A stretch of DNA of 64,000 nt from an uncultured Candidatus Saccharibacteria bacterium (GTDB lineage Bacteria > Patescibacteriota > CALEFQ01 > G965231055), in assembly GCA_965231055.1 (NCBI GenBank), contig OZ246411.1:180711-244710 (forward strand), written 5' to 3'. Under the pieces are notes generated by a model. It did no database searches. It was not told the origin of the DNA and saw nothing but the letters and a program-made list of their open reading frames with translations. The position numbers and the translations under genes are program-made. Shown here in pieces: positions 48,005 through 58,014 of the stretch. Each line of letters opens with the position of its first letter. The stretch's first letter is position 1.

Positions 48005-49150
48005 ATGTACAAAATCACAACACTAAAGAATCATTTAGATGAAAAAAGTAATTTTCTTAGAGCTTACCTGAAACACCTTTTAAAAAAGGATATCCCTGTT
48101 TTTAAGATAAAGGATCAGCTATATCAATTCGGAATCGGTGAAAAACTAACAAACATGAAGGCGCTTGATTCTCTCAAGAGCGCAATGATCTCAAAAGATA
48201 AAAATCAAACAAGCTACTTGCTGTCTGCCTGCGGGATCAATGTGCCTAAACAGGTACTAATTAAAAAAGACGACAAGGATAATTGTGAAAAATTTATCAA
48301 AGAGCTTAAATACCCATTAGTGGTAAAACCAGCGGATCTTTCATTGAGCATAGGTGTGACTCTTGATATCAAGAATCAAAAACAACTCAAGAAGGCGCTT
48401 AATTATGCCTTCACAAAATCAACACTGGTTGTTATTGAAGAATACGTAAAAGATGCTCTTGATCATAGGCTAACCTTTTTTAAAGATAACTTTCTTGGAT
48501 GCCTCGTCTCTATACCCCAATACATAGAAGGCGACGGAAAGAAAACAGTAAAAAAATTAATTGCTGAACTAGACTCTTACAGAAAAAAAAGATTCAATCT
48601 AAAACCAAGAACAAGCGACTGGATATATCACACCGCACTCCTTAGACACAACCTATCTTACTCATCAATCCTAGCAGTCAATAAGAAAATAAAAATATAT
48701 AGTGGGTCAGGACTATATGAGAATATTTCAGAAAAAGTGCATCCAGAAAATATTGAGCTCTGCATGCTAGCTACTCAAATCCTTGGACTAAGCTTCTCGG
48801 GCGTTGATTTTATGAGCCCAGACGCTTCTGTTCCATATTACGAAAACGGCGGTACAATCAACGAAGTAAACTCATTCCCCGATATCGGAATTTATTTAAA
48901 AACACCTCTTGGAAAAAAGGTTGATTTGGGCGAAAAAATCTCAAACCTTATGTTTCCAAAAGATAAAGATGCTTGGATACCTATCACATACAAAGGAAAG
49001 CTAGTTACTAGTTTCACTGAACTAAAAAAACTGTTGAACACAAAGCCACGGGAAATTTTTATGAGTGCTTCAAATAAAAAAATTATTAACAATAAACTTC
49101 CTCTAATAGCCTTTCTTATTAACTCCAAAGTGAAAAGCATAAATATCTAG
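48005..49150 (+). CDS. ATP-grasp ligase, CphA-N-like (paralogue 2 of 3)
   Basis: PLVVKPADLSLSIGV, IEGDGKKTVKKLIAELD and GVDFMSPDASVPYYENGGTINEVNSFP. Confidence 0.55.
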   Translation: MYKITTLKNHLDEKSNFLRAYLKHLLKKDIPVFKIKDQLYQFGIGEKLTNMKALDSLKSAMISKDKNQTSYLLSACGINVPKQVLIKKDDKDNCEKFIKELKYPLVVKPADLSLSIGVTLDIKNQKQLKKALNYAFTKSTLVVIEEYVKDALDHRLTFFKDNFLGCLVSIPQYIEGDGKKTVKKLIAELDSYRKKRFNLKPRTSDWIYHTALLRHNLSYSSILAVNKKIKIYSGSGLYENISEKVHPENIELCMLATQILGLSFSGVDFMSPDASVPYYENGGTINEVNSFPDIGIYLKTPLGKKVDLGEKISNLMFPKDKDAWIPITYKGKLVTSFTELKKLLNTKPREIFMSASNKKIINNKLPLIAFLINSKVKSINI

Positions 49151-49156
49151 AAAAAA

Positions 49157-50302
49157 ATGGTAATAAAAACTTCCCTTGAAATTTCGAAAGAATCAAAAAA
49201 ACAACTATCTCTCTTGTTAAAAGAAGTTGCAATTAGAAATCTACCGGGATTCAAAATAAGAGAAAATGAGTATTTTGCGGGAATAGGGCAAAAAATCATA
49301 TGCTTATCCTACCTAAACAGCTCGTTGTCAGTTGCAAGATCTAGAAATAAATTTTACACTTCTGAAATATTAAAAAACTGTAAAATTCCTGTTCCCAAAT
49401 GCATTCTCTTACTTGAAAAAGATAAATCAAAATATAAAGAAAAAACTAAAAACTTAAAACTACCATTGGTGGTGAAACCAGCAAGCGGATCCTTGGCAAA
49501 AGGAATTACTTTGGGAGTAAAAACTGAAAAACAAATAAAAGAGGCGCTCAAATATGCCCTACAATATGACGATCAATTAATTATAGAGGAATTTATTCCG
49601 AACATGCTAGATTATCGCATTACGTTTTACAAGGGCAAGTATCTAGGGGCCCTATTGGCAGCACCTGAAGTGGTAATCGGGGATGGTACAAATACTGTCG
49701 AACACCTTATTGACGAGTATAACCACACAAGAAAAACAAAATACAATCTACCACCACTTACGCATGAATGGATTTTTAAAACCTACTTAGCGCAGTATGG
49801 GTATGATCTCAAATCAATACCACCCAAAGATAAAGTTATAAGAATTTATGGAAGAGGGGGGATATACGAAAACGCCACTGAAAAAGTGCATCCAGAAAAT
49901 ATTGAACTTTGTAGGAGTGCTTGCCAAGTTATGGGATTAAAATTCGCTGGAGTTGATTTTATGAGTCCAGACGCCTCCGTTCCTTACCATAAAAACGGAG
50001 CGCTCATCAACGAAATTAACTCATTTCCACACCTAGATATGTATGAACAAATCATTATCGGCAAAAAAATACCTCTAGCAAAAAACATTGTGAAATTAAT
50101 GTTTCCAAAAGATAAAGATGCTTGGATACCTATAATTGCTAACAACAAGGAAATAACTAATTTTGACGAATTAAAAAAACATCTCAAAGAAAAACCCAAG
50201 GAAGTGGAATTAAAAGATCCAAAAAGAATAATAAAAAATGCACCGCTTCCGCTGTTAAGTTATCTAATAAACTCAAAAACAACAAAAATAAAAATCAAAT
50301 AA
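49157..50302 (+). CDS. ATP-grasp ligase, CphA-N-like (paralogue 3 of 3)
   Basis: PLVVKPASGSLAKGI, VIGDGTNTVEHLIDEYN and GVDFMSPDASVPYHKNGALINEINSFP. Confidence 0.55.
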   Translation: MVIKTSLEISKESKKQLSLLLKEVAIRNLPGFKIRENEYFAGIGQKIICLSYLNSSLSVARSRNKFYTSEILKNCKIPVPKCILLLEKDKSKYKEKTKNLKLPLVVKPASGSLAKGITLGVKTEKQIKEALKYALQYDDQLIIEEFIPNMLDYRITFYKGKYLGALLAAPEVVIGDGTNTVEHLIDEYNHTRKTKYNLPPLTHEWIFKTYLAQYGYDLKSIPPKDKVIRIYGRGGIYENATEKVHPENIELCRSACQVMGLKFAGVDFMSPDASVPYHKNGALINEINSFPHLDMYEQIIIGKKIPLAKNIVKLMFPKDKDAWIPIIANNKEITNFDELKKHLKEKPKEVELKDPKRIIKNAPLPLLSYLINSKTTKIKIK

Positions 50303-50400
50303 ACCAAAAGAGTAATTCATTTAAGAATTGCTCTTTTTGATAATTTGAATAGTGAAATTTATAGTACTAATAATAAAACAATCAAACAAAACTAAGTTAT

Positions 50401-50437
50401 TTAAAAAAACGAACCTTCGGATAAGGTTCGTTGTTGT
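50401..50437. terminator. Bidirectional rho-independent terminator
   Basis: A7-CGAACCTT-cggataa-GGTTCG-TTGTTGT; a strong T-run on the - strand. Confidence 0.65.
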
Positions 50438-50452
50438 ATGAGCGAAAATTTA

Positions 50453-50812
50453 TTAGGAAGGTGTGCTTTTTGATAGTTCTCGCAGGCGAGAGTAAGCCGC
50501 GTAATAAAGAAACCTTGGCCATATTGCGATAAGACCAACCCAAATAATCGACAATAGGAACAGTAGAAGGTTTGCAACAATTACTTTCGGCGATTTGGCA
50601 TCCCACAAACTCATAGCCATGATAATGATGCCAAAAAAGTGAACCATCAAACCAGCTCCTAGAAATACTTTTTGGAGATACGGATCAGATCCTCTTCTTA
50701 AAGAAGAGATCTTGTTAAGGACTTTTCCAAGCCCCCAAAACCAGTAGAAAATCCCCGCCCCCAAGCAAAACGCGAACCCCATGATGAACATACCCATTTC
50801 TAATTTTTGCAC
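50453..50812 (-). CDS. Small integral membrane protein (4 TM), hypothetical
   Basis: 119 aa, hydrophobic throughout. Confidence 0.5.
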   Translation of the reverse strand: MQKLEMGMFIMGFAFCLGAGIFYWFWGLGKVLNKISSLRRGSDPYLQKVFLGAGLMVHFFGIIIMAMSLWDAKSPKVIVANLLLFLLSIIWVGLIAIWPRFLYYAAYSRLRELSKSTPS

Positions 50813-50846
50813 CGCTGCCTCCTTTTCAAATGAACGGTTTTCGAAC

Positions 50847-52049
50847 CTATTTGATTATTATTTTCGCAAACCCTTTCTTCCCTACTTTCAATATCTGATT
50901 ATCCTTGAAATCAGTATTTTCTTTCCAGTTTTTGATAGTTTCTCCTTGTAGTTTCACAGCTCCCTGATCCACTAGTCTCCTGGCTTCTCCTTTGCTATTT
51001 GCGAGCTTTGATTTAACTATAACATCTAGAATATTCTCACTATTTTTTTCCAAATTCAATAGTTGAGCATTGTCTGGATTTTCTTTATCTCTAAATACTT
51101 TATTGAATCCCTCCTCTGCTTTTTTAGCTTCATCTTCCCCGTAATAAACTTTTACTATTTCAAAAGCGAGTTTGGCTTTTAGATCTCTTGGATTCACTCC
51201 TGATTTTAGCTCATCTTTAATTACACCAAGCTCATCCATAGATACTCTAGTGCAAAGCTCAAAAGCCGGAATAATCATTCCGTCAGTCCAGCTCATTACT
51301 TTACCGTACATGTCCTTGGGACCATCCTCCATCGTCACCATATTGCCTTCTGTTTTTCCCATCTTTTTTCCGCTCGCATCCTCCAAAAGTTTAGTGGTTA
51401 TCACAAATTTATTTTTCTTTTTTACTTTTTCCATAAGTGTGCGCCCAGCAAGCATATTGAAAGTCTGATCGTTTCCACCTATTTCAATATCTGTATCAAG
51501 TGCAACAGAATCATATCCCTGCATAAGAGGATATAAGAATTCATTTAAACTAATCGGTTTATTTGATTCGATTCTTCGTTGAAACATATCCCTCTCTAGC
51601 ATCTGCTGAACTGTGAAATTACTTGAAAGACCTATAACATCATTAAACTTAAGTTTAGCTAGCCACTTGCTGTTATACTTCCACTCAGCTTTATTTTTTC
51701 CTTTGAATCTTAAAAAAATACTTGCTTGTTTTTTGTACTTTTTTTGATTTTCAAGTATTTGGTTTCTTGTTAGTGGAACTCTTGTCTTATCTTTTCCAGT
51801 AGGATCTCCAATTTGCGCAGTAAAATCACCTATAAGTAAAACAATCTTGTGTCCCATTTCCTGCATTAGTCGTAGTTTTTCAAGCTGAATAGCGTGGCCC
51901 AAGTGTAAAGTAGGACCAGTTGGATCGATACCTAAATATATTTTGAGTTTTCTTTCTGAACTCAAAACTTTTTCAAGCTCTTCTCTTGAGGGATAGACTG
52001 CTTCGATGGATCTAGTTAAAAGCTCTTTGATTTGCGATTCTTTGGACAT
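50847..52049 (-). CDS. tyrS: Tyrosine--tRNA ligase
   Basis: HIGH region GIDPTGPTLHLGH, KMSKS KKMGKTEGN, and a C-terminal S4 domain. Confidence 0.85.
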   Translation of the reverse strand: MSKESQIKELLTRSIEAVYPSREELEKVLSSERKLKIYLGIDPTGPTLHLGHAIQLEKLRLMQEMGHKIVLLIGDFTAQIGDPTGKDKTRVPLTRNQILENQKKYKKQASIFLRFKGKNKAEWKYNSKWLAKLKFNDVIGLSSNFTVQQMLERDMFQRRIESNKPISLNEFLYPLMQGYDSVALDTDIEIGGNDQTFNMLAGRTLMEKVKKKNKFVITTKLLEDASGKKMGKTEGNMVTMEDGPKDMYGKVMSWTDGMIIPAFELCTRVSMDELGVIKDELKSGVNPRDLKAKLAFEIVKVYYGEDEAKKAEEGFNKVFRDKENPDNAQLLNLEKNSENILDVIVKSKLANSKGEARRLVDQGAVKLQGETIKNWKENTDFKDNQILKVGKKGFAKIIIK

Positions 52050-52246
52050 TTTGAGTTGCTTTTAGTATTAAATACTTAATAATAGTATCAGATATATTCA
52101 TCTTTCTCAATGAGTTGAAATTTTGGCTATTTTTCAGTATAGTATGTATCTAGTTGTATTAGTGGAATAAGAAGTATCAGAGGCATCAGGACTTAACCGT
52201 TCTCCAATGCTTCTTATACTTCTAATCCCTCTAAAACCTCTAAACA

Positions 52247-55153
52247 ATGGCTAAACGATCAACAACTATAAAAACATTGGGCGTGTTTAAAAAACACACC
52301 AAACCAGGTGTGAAACCCGCATCCAACGAAAAACCCATTAAAAATAAAAAAGTGAAACATCTTTTCAAGGAGTTTTGGATGAAACTCTCTCCAAGAAAAA
52401 GAAAAATTCTGAAATGGGTAGGAATTGTTATTGGCGTGCTTTTTGGAATACTTATAGTTTCTATGATTGTTTTGGCATTTCAGCTTCCAAATCCAAACAG
52501 AATTATGGATAGAGATATGCAATTGGCAACACAAATACTAGATAGAAATGGCGAGCTCCTCTACTCTATTCATGGAGACGAAAACAGAACCATGGTGCAG
52601 ATCGAAGATATTCCAGAAAATGTAAAAAATGCCACAATAGCGATAGAAGATCCGAATTTTTACAAACACATGGGATTTAGTTTGAAAGGAATACTGAGAG
52701 CCGTGTTTAGAAATATTACCGGTGGAACAACTCAGGGAGGATCAACTATTACTCAGCAATTTGTAAAAAATTCCATACTAACTCCGGAAAAAACATTTAC
52801 AAGAAAATTCAAAGAGCTTGTACTTTCATTTGAAATTGAACTTGTTTTTACCAAAGAGCAAATACTTCAGATGTATTTCAATGAAATTCCATATGGATCA
52901 ACTGCCTATGGAATCAAAGCAGCATCTGAAACATTTTTCGGTAAAGAATTGAAAGATCTCACGCTAGCTGAGTCAGCGTATCTCGCAGGACTTCCTCAAG
53001 CACCTAGCAGATACTCACCTTTTATAAATCCCGAGTACGGAAAACAGCGCCAAGAGCATGTATTGAATGTTATGGCGGAACGAGGATACATAAATCAGGA
53101 ACAAGCAGACGAAGCCAAGACACAAGAACTAAACTTCAAGCAAAGAATAACCAACATCAAGGCACCTCATTTTGTTTTTTACGTACGACAAATACTTGAA
53201 GAACAATATGGAACAAAAAAGATAGAGCAAGGTGGACTAAAAGTTACTACGACTCTTGACGTCAATATGCAGAAAATTGCCGAAGAAGAAGTTTCAAAGC
53301 AAGCAGAAAAAAATAAGGCTTTTGGTTTTTATAACGCAGCGCTATCTGCAATGAATCCTAAGAATGGAGAGGTTTTGGCTATGGCTGGATCTGTAGATTA
53401 TTTTGCAGGAAAACAAGAAAACGGAAAACTTGATGGCCAGGTGAATGTTATGACTAGCTACAGACAACCGGGATCTTCTTTTAAACCCATCGCATATACC
53501 AAGGCATTTGAAAAAGGAATTCCTCCTTCAACAATATTATTTGACGTAAAAACAAACTTCGGAGGAGTTTCACAAGATTATATTCCCTCAAACTTTTCAA
53601 AAAGCTTTGCTGGACCAATTGATATTAGACACGCACTTCAGCAATCACTAAACATTCCTGCTATCAAAGCTTTTTACTTAGCTAAACCAGAAGACGTGGC
53701 TACTTTGGCGAACAAATTGGGCTACAGTAACTTTGAACAAGGCAAGGATTATGGACTAGCTACGGCTATAGGAGCGCGCGAAGTGAAAGGAATAGAACAC
53801 CTAGGAGCATTTGCTACATTTGCAAACAATGGTGTGAATATGGGAATCAAAACAATATTAAAAATAGAAGACTCATCTGGTAAAGTACTTTATGAAAAAG
53901 AAGACGAAGGAACAAGAGTGGTAGATGAAAACGCTGCAAAAACAATTACCAACGTGCTTTCGGATAACAACTCAAGAACATGGGGAAGAACTGAGCTCAC
54001 AATTTCTGATGGAAGACCGGTTGCTGCCAAAACAGGTACAAGCAATAAAAATATAGGCACTTCTAGTCTTACAAACAACACCTGGACAGTTGGATACACT
54101 CCAAGCCTAGCCGCAGTGGCTTGGGCGGGAAATAGCGATGGCTCTGTGGGTAATTATAGAGCTGAGTCTTTGTACAACGCTTCTCCTATTTGGAAGGGCT
54201 TCATGGAAAGAGCTACCGCAAGCACGGAAAAAGAACAATTTGATGCACCAAAACCGATAGAAAGCTCCAAATCAATGCTAAGAGGAAAAATGGACGAAGA
54301 AACAAAGATAACAATATGCAAACCATCAAAACTCATAGCCACAGAGAATTGTCCTGAAAGCATGAGGGAAGAAAAAACTTTCAGAGAAGTTCATACTATT
54401 CTTTACTACATAGATAGAGATAACCCAAGCGGAGATTCTCCCAAAAACCCAGAAAAGGATCCTCAATTTAGAAAGTGGGAAGACGCAGTTAAAGAATGGG
54501 CTAAAGAAAAAGGATACGAAGAAGAAGCTCCTACAGAAAATGACAAGGATCATGAAAAAGATCAGTGGCCAGAAATTGAAATCAAATCACCTTCTGATAA
54601 CGCAGAAGTAAGCAGTGATTCGTTCTCGGTGACTGTAAACATAGATGCGCCAAGAAAGATTAATAGGGTTGTTTATTATATAAATGGCATTGAGGTAGGA
54701 ACTTCCAAAAAATCGCCTTGGGGTGGCAATATAAAGCTTCCACAGGGTACTGGAATTGGTTTCCAGAAGCTAAAAGCACTCGTCTTTGATGATGTTGAAA
54801 ACTCAGCAAGCTCAGAAATATCTATTAATGTTAAAGCGAGCAACATACCCCCTTCTGTAAGCATCCTAAATCCACAAAATGGAGCTGAGGTTGCCGTTGG
54901 AGATTCGCCTTTTGAAATTTCAGCTTCGACATCTTCGGGATCAGGAATTCAGAAAGTAACTTTTTACTACAGAAAAGAAAGCGCCTCTAACTATACCCTG
55001 TTAAGCACAGTAACCACTGAAAGCAGTGAAGATATTTATAAGACCGACTTCACTCCCCCATCTGATGGCTCTTACTTTATCTACGCCATAGTAAAGGACA
55101 ACAACGGAAGAACAACAAACAGTAGCAAGGTGAAGCTAATAGTAAAACCATGA
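52247..55153 (+). CDS. Class A penicillin-binding protein (glycosyltransferase + transpeptidase) with C-terminal Ig-like extensions
   Basis: GT51 motifs IAIEDPNFYKHMGF and GGSTITQQFVKN. TP motifs SSFKP (SxxK) and KTGTSN (KTG). N-terminal TM. Confidence 0.85.
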   Translation: MAKRSTTIKTLGVFKKHTKPGVKPASNEKPIKNKKVKHLFKEFWMKLSPRKRKILKWVGIVIGVLFGILIVSMIVLAFQLPNPNRIMDRDMQLATQILDRNGELLYSIHGDENRTMVQIEDIPENVKNATIAIEDPNFYKHMGFSLKGILRAVFRNITGGTTQGGSTITQQFVKNSILTPEKTFTRKFKELVLSFEIELVFTKEQILQMYFNEIPYGSTAYGIKAASETFFGKELKDLTLAESAYLAGLPQAPSRYSPFINPEYGKQRQEHVLNVMAERGYINQEQADEAKTQELNFKQRITNIKAPHFVFYVRQILEEQYGTKKIEQGGLKVTTTLDVNMQKIAEEEVSKQAEKNKAFGFYNAALSAMNPKNGEVLAMAGSVDYFAGKQENGKLDGQVNVMTSYRQPGSSFKPIAYTKAFEKGIPPSTILFDVKTNFGGVSQDYIPSNFSKSFAGPIDIRHALQQSLNIPAIKAFYLAKPEDVATLANKLGYSNFEQGKDYGLATAIGAREVKGIEHLGAFATFANNGVNMGIKTILKIEDSSGKVLYEKEDEGTRVVDENAAKTITNVLSDNNSRTWGRTELTISDGRPVAAKTGTSNKNIGTSSLTNNTWTVGYTPSLAAVAWAGNSDGSVGNYRAESLYNASPIWKGFMERATASTEKEQFDAPKPIESSKSMLRGKMDEETKITICKPSKLIATENCPESMREEKTFREVHTILYYIDRDNPSGDSPKNPEKDPQFRKWEDAVKEWAKEKGYEEEAPTENDKDHEKDQWPEIEIKSPSDNAEVSSDSFSVTVNIDAPRKINRVVYYINGIEVGTSKKSPWGGNIKLPQGTGIGFQKLKALVFDDVENSASSEISINVKASNIPPSVSILNPQNGAEVAVGDSPFEISASTSSGSGIQKVTFYYRKESASNYTLLSTVTTESSEDIYKTDFTPPSDGSYFIYAIVKDNNGRTTNSSKVKLIVKP

Positions 55154-56097
55154 GCAAGGTAAAAGACCTCAGAAAAGAAAAAAAAGGAAAACCAGGAAAA
55201 AAATCCAAAATTTGGTTATTTCTTTTGGTTCTAGTTTTTATTGTTTCTTTGGTTTTGTTTTTGTGGGGAAATGGAATCCTGTTTGGACTAAAAGGACAAA
55301 GCACAGACAGAATAAATATACTTATTTTAGGAAAAGGCGGAGACACCCATGTCGCAGGAAATCTGACAGACACTATAATGCTTCTAAGTATCAAGCCTTC
55401 CAAAAATAAAGTGGCGATGATTTCTATACCCAGAGACCTGGAAGTTGAAGATAAAGAATATGGCACAAGAAAAATAAACTCAGTCTACAAACACTCTGCT
55501 GATAATGGTGAAAAAGAAAAAGGGATTGAACTCATAGAAGATGCTGTAAGCAAAATAACCGGTGAGAAAATACACTATTACGCAATGATTGATTTTGTGG
55601 GATTTAAAGAGATCGTGGAAATTATAGATGGTGTAGATGTTGAAATTGAAAAAGGATTTTATGATTATTTTCACAAAGCCACATTCAAAGCAGGCACAGA
55701 AAATATGAACGGAGAAAGAGCTCTGCTTTATTCGAGAGTGAGATTTGTAGAAGGTGTCGAGGGAACTGATTTTGCAAGAACGATAAGACAACAAAATCTG
55801 ATCTTTTCGATAAAAAGCAAAATACTCTCTTCGGAAACACTATCAAGTCCCCAAAAAATAGACGACCTGATAAAGTCTTTCAAAAAATTTACGGAAACCA
55901 ATTTAGCTCTTTCCGAAATCGCAAGAATTTGGAGCATTGTCAAAGATATTGAAAAAGAAAATATTGCTCATGAAGTTTATTCCACATCCAATGTATTGGA
56001 TTCTAGTAAAAACGATAACGGTTCGTATGTGCTAAAAACAAAAACAGGAAATTACAACGAAACCAAAGAAATAGCTGAAAACATATTTGATAAATAA
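55150..56097 (+). CDS. LytR-CpsA-Psr (LCP) family protein
   Basis: TM + ILILGKGGDTHVAGNLTDTIMLLSI...ISIPRDL. A terminator follows at 56116-56143. Confidence 0.75.
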   Translation: MSKVKDLRKEKKGKPGKKSKIWLFLLVLVFIVSLVLFLWGNGILFGLKGQSTDRINILILGKGGDTHVAGNLTDTIMLLSIKPSKNKVAMISIPRDLEVEDKEYGTRKINSVYKHSADNGEKEKGIELIEDAVSKITGEKIHYYAMIDFVGFKEIVEIIDGVDVEIEKGFYDYFHKATFKAGTENMNGERALLYSRVRFVEGVEGTDFARTIRQQNLIFSIKSKILSSETLSSPQKIDDLIKSFKKFTETNLALSEIARIWSIVKDIEKENIAHEVYSTSNVLDSSKNDNGSYVLKTKTGNYNETKEIAENIFDK

Positions 56098-56236
56098 AAG
56101 TAACTAAGCATTTTAAAAAGGACTCTGCGGAGTCCTTTTTTGTAATAGCAGCGTAGCTAGTTATATTAATAAACAAAACCTAGGATTAAACTAAAAACAA
56201 AAATTATTAAGGTTTTTTGAAGGCTATGTCACGCTA

Positions 56237-56524
56237 CTAGCTTCTGATCAATATCTTCTGAACCTCATCTGAACCTAGCTTTTTGTTTACTTTTTCGACA
56301 ATAAGGTGAGTTTTATAATGAATCTCTTGAGCATATACAGATCCATTTACCGCAATAGTAAGTATTCCTTTTTTGAAGTGAAGTGATTTCACTTTGTTTT
56401 TAAAATCCTCTCCAAAATCGTTTTCTATTATTTTATCAAACTCAACACAAGCCCTACCAGCTTGTATTTGGAGCCCTAGTCCTTTACCAAGTTTGCTTTT
56501 TAGGAAAAATTGTAGTTTTTTCAT
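56237..56524 (-). CDS. DUF721-family small protein (recF-linked)
   Basis: 95 aa immediately 3' of recF, with the usual synteny. Confidence 0.5.
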   Translation of the reverse strand: MKKLQFFLKSKLGKGLGLQIQAGRACVEFDKIIENDFGEDFKNKVKSLHFKKGILTIAVNGSVYAQEIHYKTHLIVEKVNKKLGSDEVQKILIRS

Positions 56525-57645
56525 TGTTTAGACAGAGTCCCATCTTTTGCTATGTAAATTTGGGATTGTTTTTTTAGTTTGGCTGGAAGAAAAGCTAAGT
56601 CAGTTGTTGTTAGAATGCTTTGGTGGGTAAATATAGCTGGCTCTATAGACTTTCTTCGCTTTTCATCGAGTTCAGAAAACACATCATCAAGTAAAAGTAT
56701 AGGTTTTTCTCCGGTAGTTTTTTCTACATAGACCATTTCACCTAATTTCAGCGCGAGAAGCGCCGATCTCATTTCCCCTCTAGAAGCAAATGAATCTAGA
56801 GATTTATTTTCTTTATTTACAAAATCAAAATCGTCTTTGTGTGGTCCATACTTAGTTGACCTAAATCTTATATCCTCAGGGATTTGGGCTATTATTCTTT
56901 TTTGATAAGTATTAAATATTTCTTGCTGATCTGTGTTTGGAGTATTTATGTTTTCATAAACATTTGTTGCTAGTTTTATTTTTATTCCCTCTATGTTTTT
57001 TTCTTTGCCTATCGCTGAATACGATCTTTCTATACCTTGGTTGATAAAATCTATAAATTGCTTTCTAGCCCAAACGATATAGCTTCCATCTATTACAAGT
57101 TTTTCGTTCCAGAAATCGAGCTCCCACTTCTGAGCCCTATTATCAGCAATATCTCCGAGTAGAGCATTTCTTTGTCTTAAAACTTCTGTGAAATTTAGAA
57201 GAGCTTCTTTGTATTTGGGGTCAGTCTGGGTGAGAAGTAGGTTTAGATATTTTCTTCTCGAAACGGGTGGAAAATATAACAAATTCATTTCCTCAGGTGA
57301 AAACCAAACGCATTTTATAATTCCTTTGGCTTTTTTTGTAACTGTTTTTTTATGATTAAGTTTTATTTCTAAATTACTTTTTTTGATCCCTTTTTTTATA
57401 GCTAGTCTTATTTCGTTTTTTTCATTTTCAGCTCCTAAAAAAGCTTCATTTTCTGAGTCCAAAACGCAGTTTGATAAATTTGAAGTTCTGAAGGACCTTA
57501 GATGAGCCAATAAAAAAATACTCTCTAAAATATTGGTTTTACCTTGGGCGTTTGACCCCGAAATAACAGTAAAATCAGTTATTTTTTTTAGATCGAGAGC
57601 TTTAACATTTCTAAAGTTTTTTAACCAAAGTGATTTAAGAAACAC
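56521..57645 (-). CDS. recF: DNA replication and repair protein RecF
   Basis: Walker A ISGSNAQGKTNILESI and Walker B LLLDDVFSELD. Confidence 0.85.
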   Translation of the reverse strand: MFLKSLWLKNFRNVKALDLKKITDFTVISGSNAQGKTNILESIFLLAHLRSFRTSNLSNCVLDSENEAFLGAENEKNEIRLAIKKGIKKSNLEIKLNHKKTVTKKAKGIIKCVWFSPEEMNLLYFPPVSRRKYLNLLLTQTDPKYKEALLNFTEVLRQRNALLGDIADNRAQKWELDFWNEKLVIDGSYIVWARKQFIDFINQGIERSYSAIGKEKNIEGIKIKLATNVYENINTPNTDQQEIFNTYQKRIIAQIPEDIRFRSTKYGPHKDDFDFVNKENKSLDSFASRGEMRSALLALKLGEMVYVEKTTGEKPILLLDDVFSELDEKRRKSIEPAIFTHQSILTTTDLAFLPAKLKKQSQIYIAKDGTLSKQ

Positions 57646-57654
57646 TATTGAATA

Positions 57655-58002
57655 TTATTTTGTTTTGGCTTTTTTTAGCGGATCAAATCCTGCATCTATC
57701 TCTTTTTTATCTTCATATCCGTCATTGTCTGTGTCTTCGTTTTTTGGATTGGTTTTGTATTTATAAACCTCATCACCATCAGAAATACCGTCGCCGTCAG
57801 TGTCTGGATTGGTTTTGTCTGTTCCATACTCTCCTTCTTCGGAGTTTATCAATCCATCATCGTCATAATCAAGCTTTCCTTCTTTCAAGATTTCCGCGGG
57901 TGCTTCTTTGAAAAAAGTTTTGGTTCCAAAAATAATGCTAGATAGAAGCAAAAATACCCCTAAAATAGCTAGAACCAAACCATAAATTAAAACTTTTTTC
58001 AT
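57655..58002 (-). CDS. Small secreted protein with thrombospondin-type-3-like Ca-binding D-x-D-x-D-G repeats
   Basis: Signal peptide + DYDDDGLINSEE...NPDTDGDGISDGDE...DTDNDGYEDKKE. Confidence 0.55.
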   Translation of the reverse strand: MKKVLIYGLVLAILGVFLLLSSIIFGTKTFFKEAPAEILKEGKLDYDDDGLINSEEGEYGTDKTNPDTDGDGISDGDEVYKYKTNPKNEDTDNDGYEDKKEIDAGFDPLKKAKTK

Positions 58003-58014
58003 TTTTGTTTTTAT

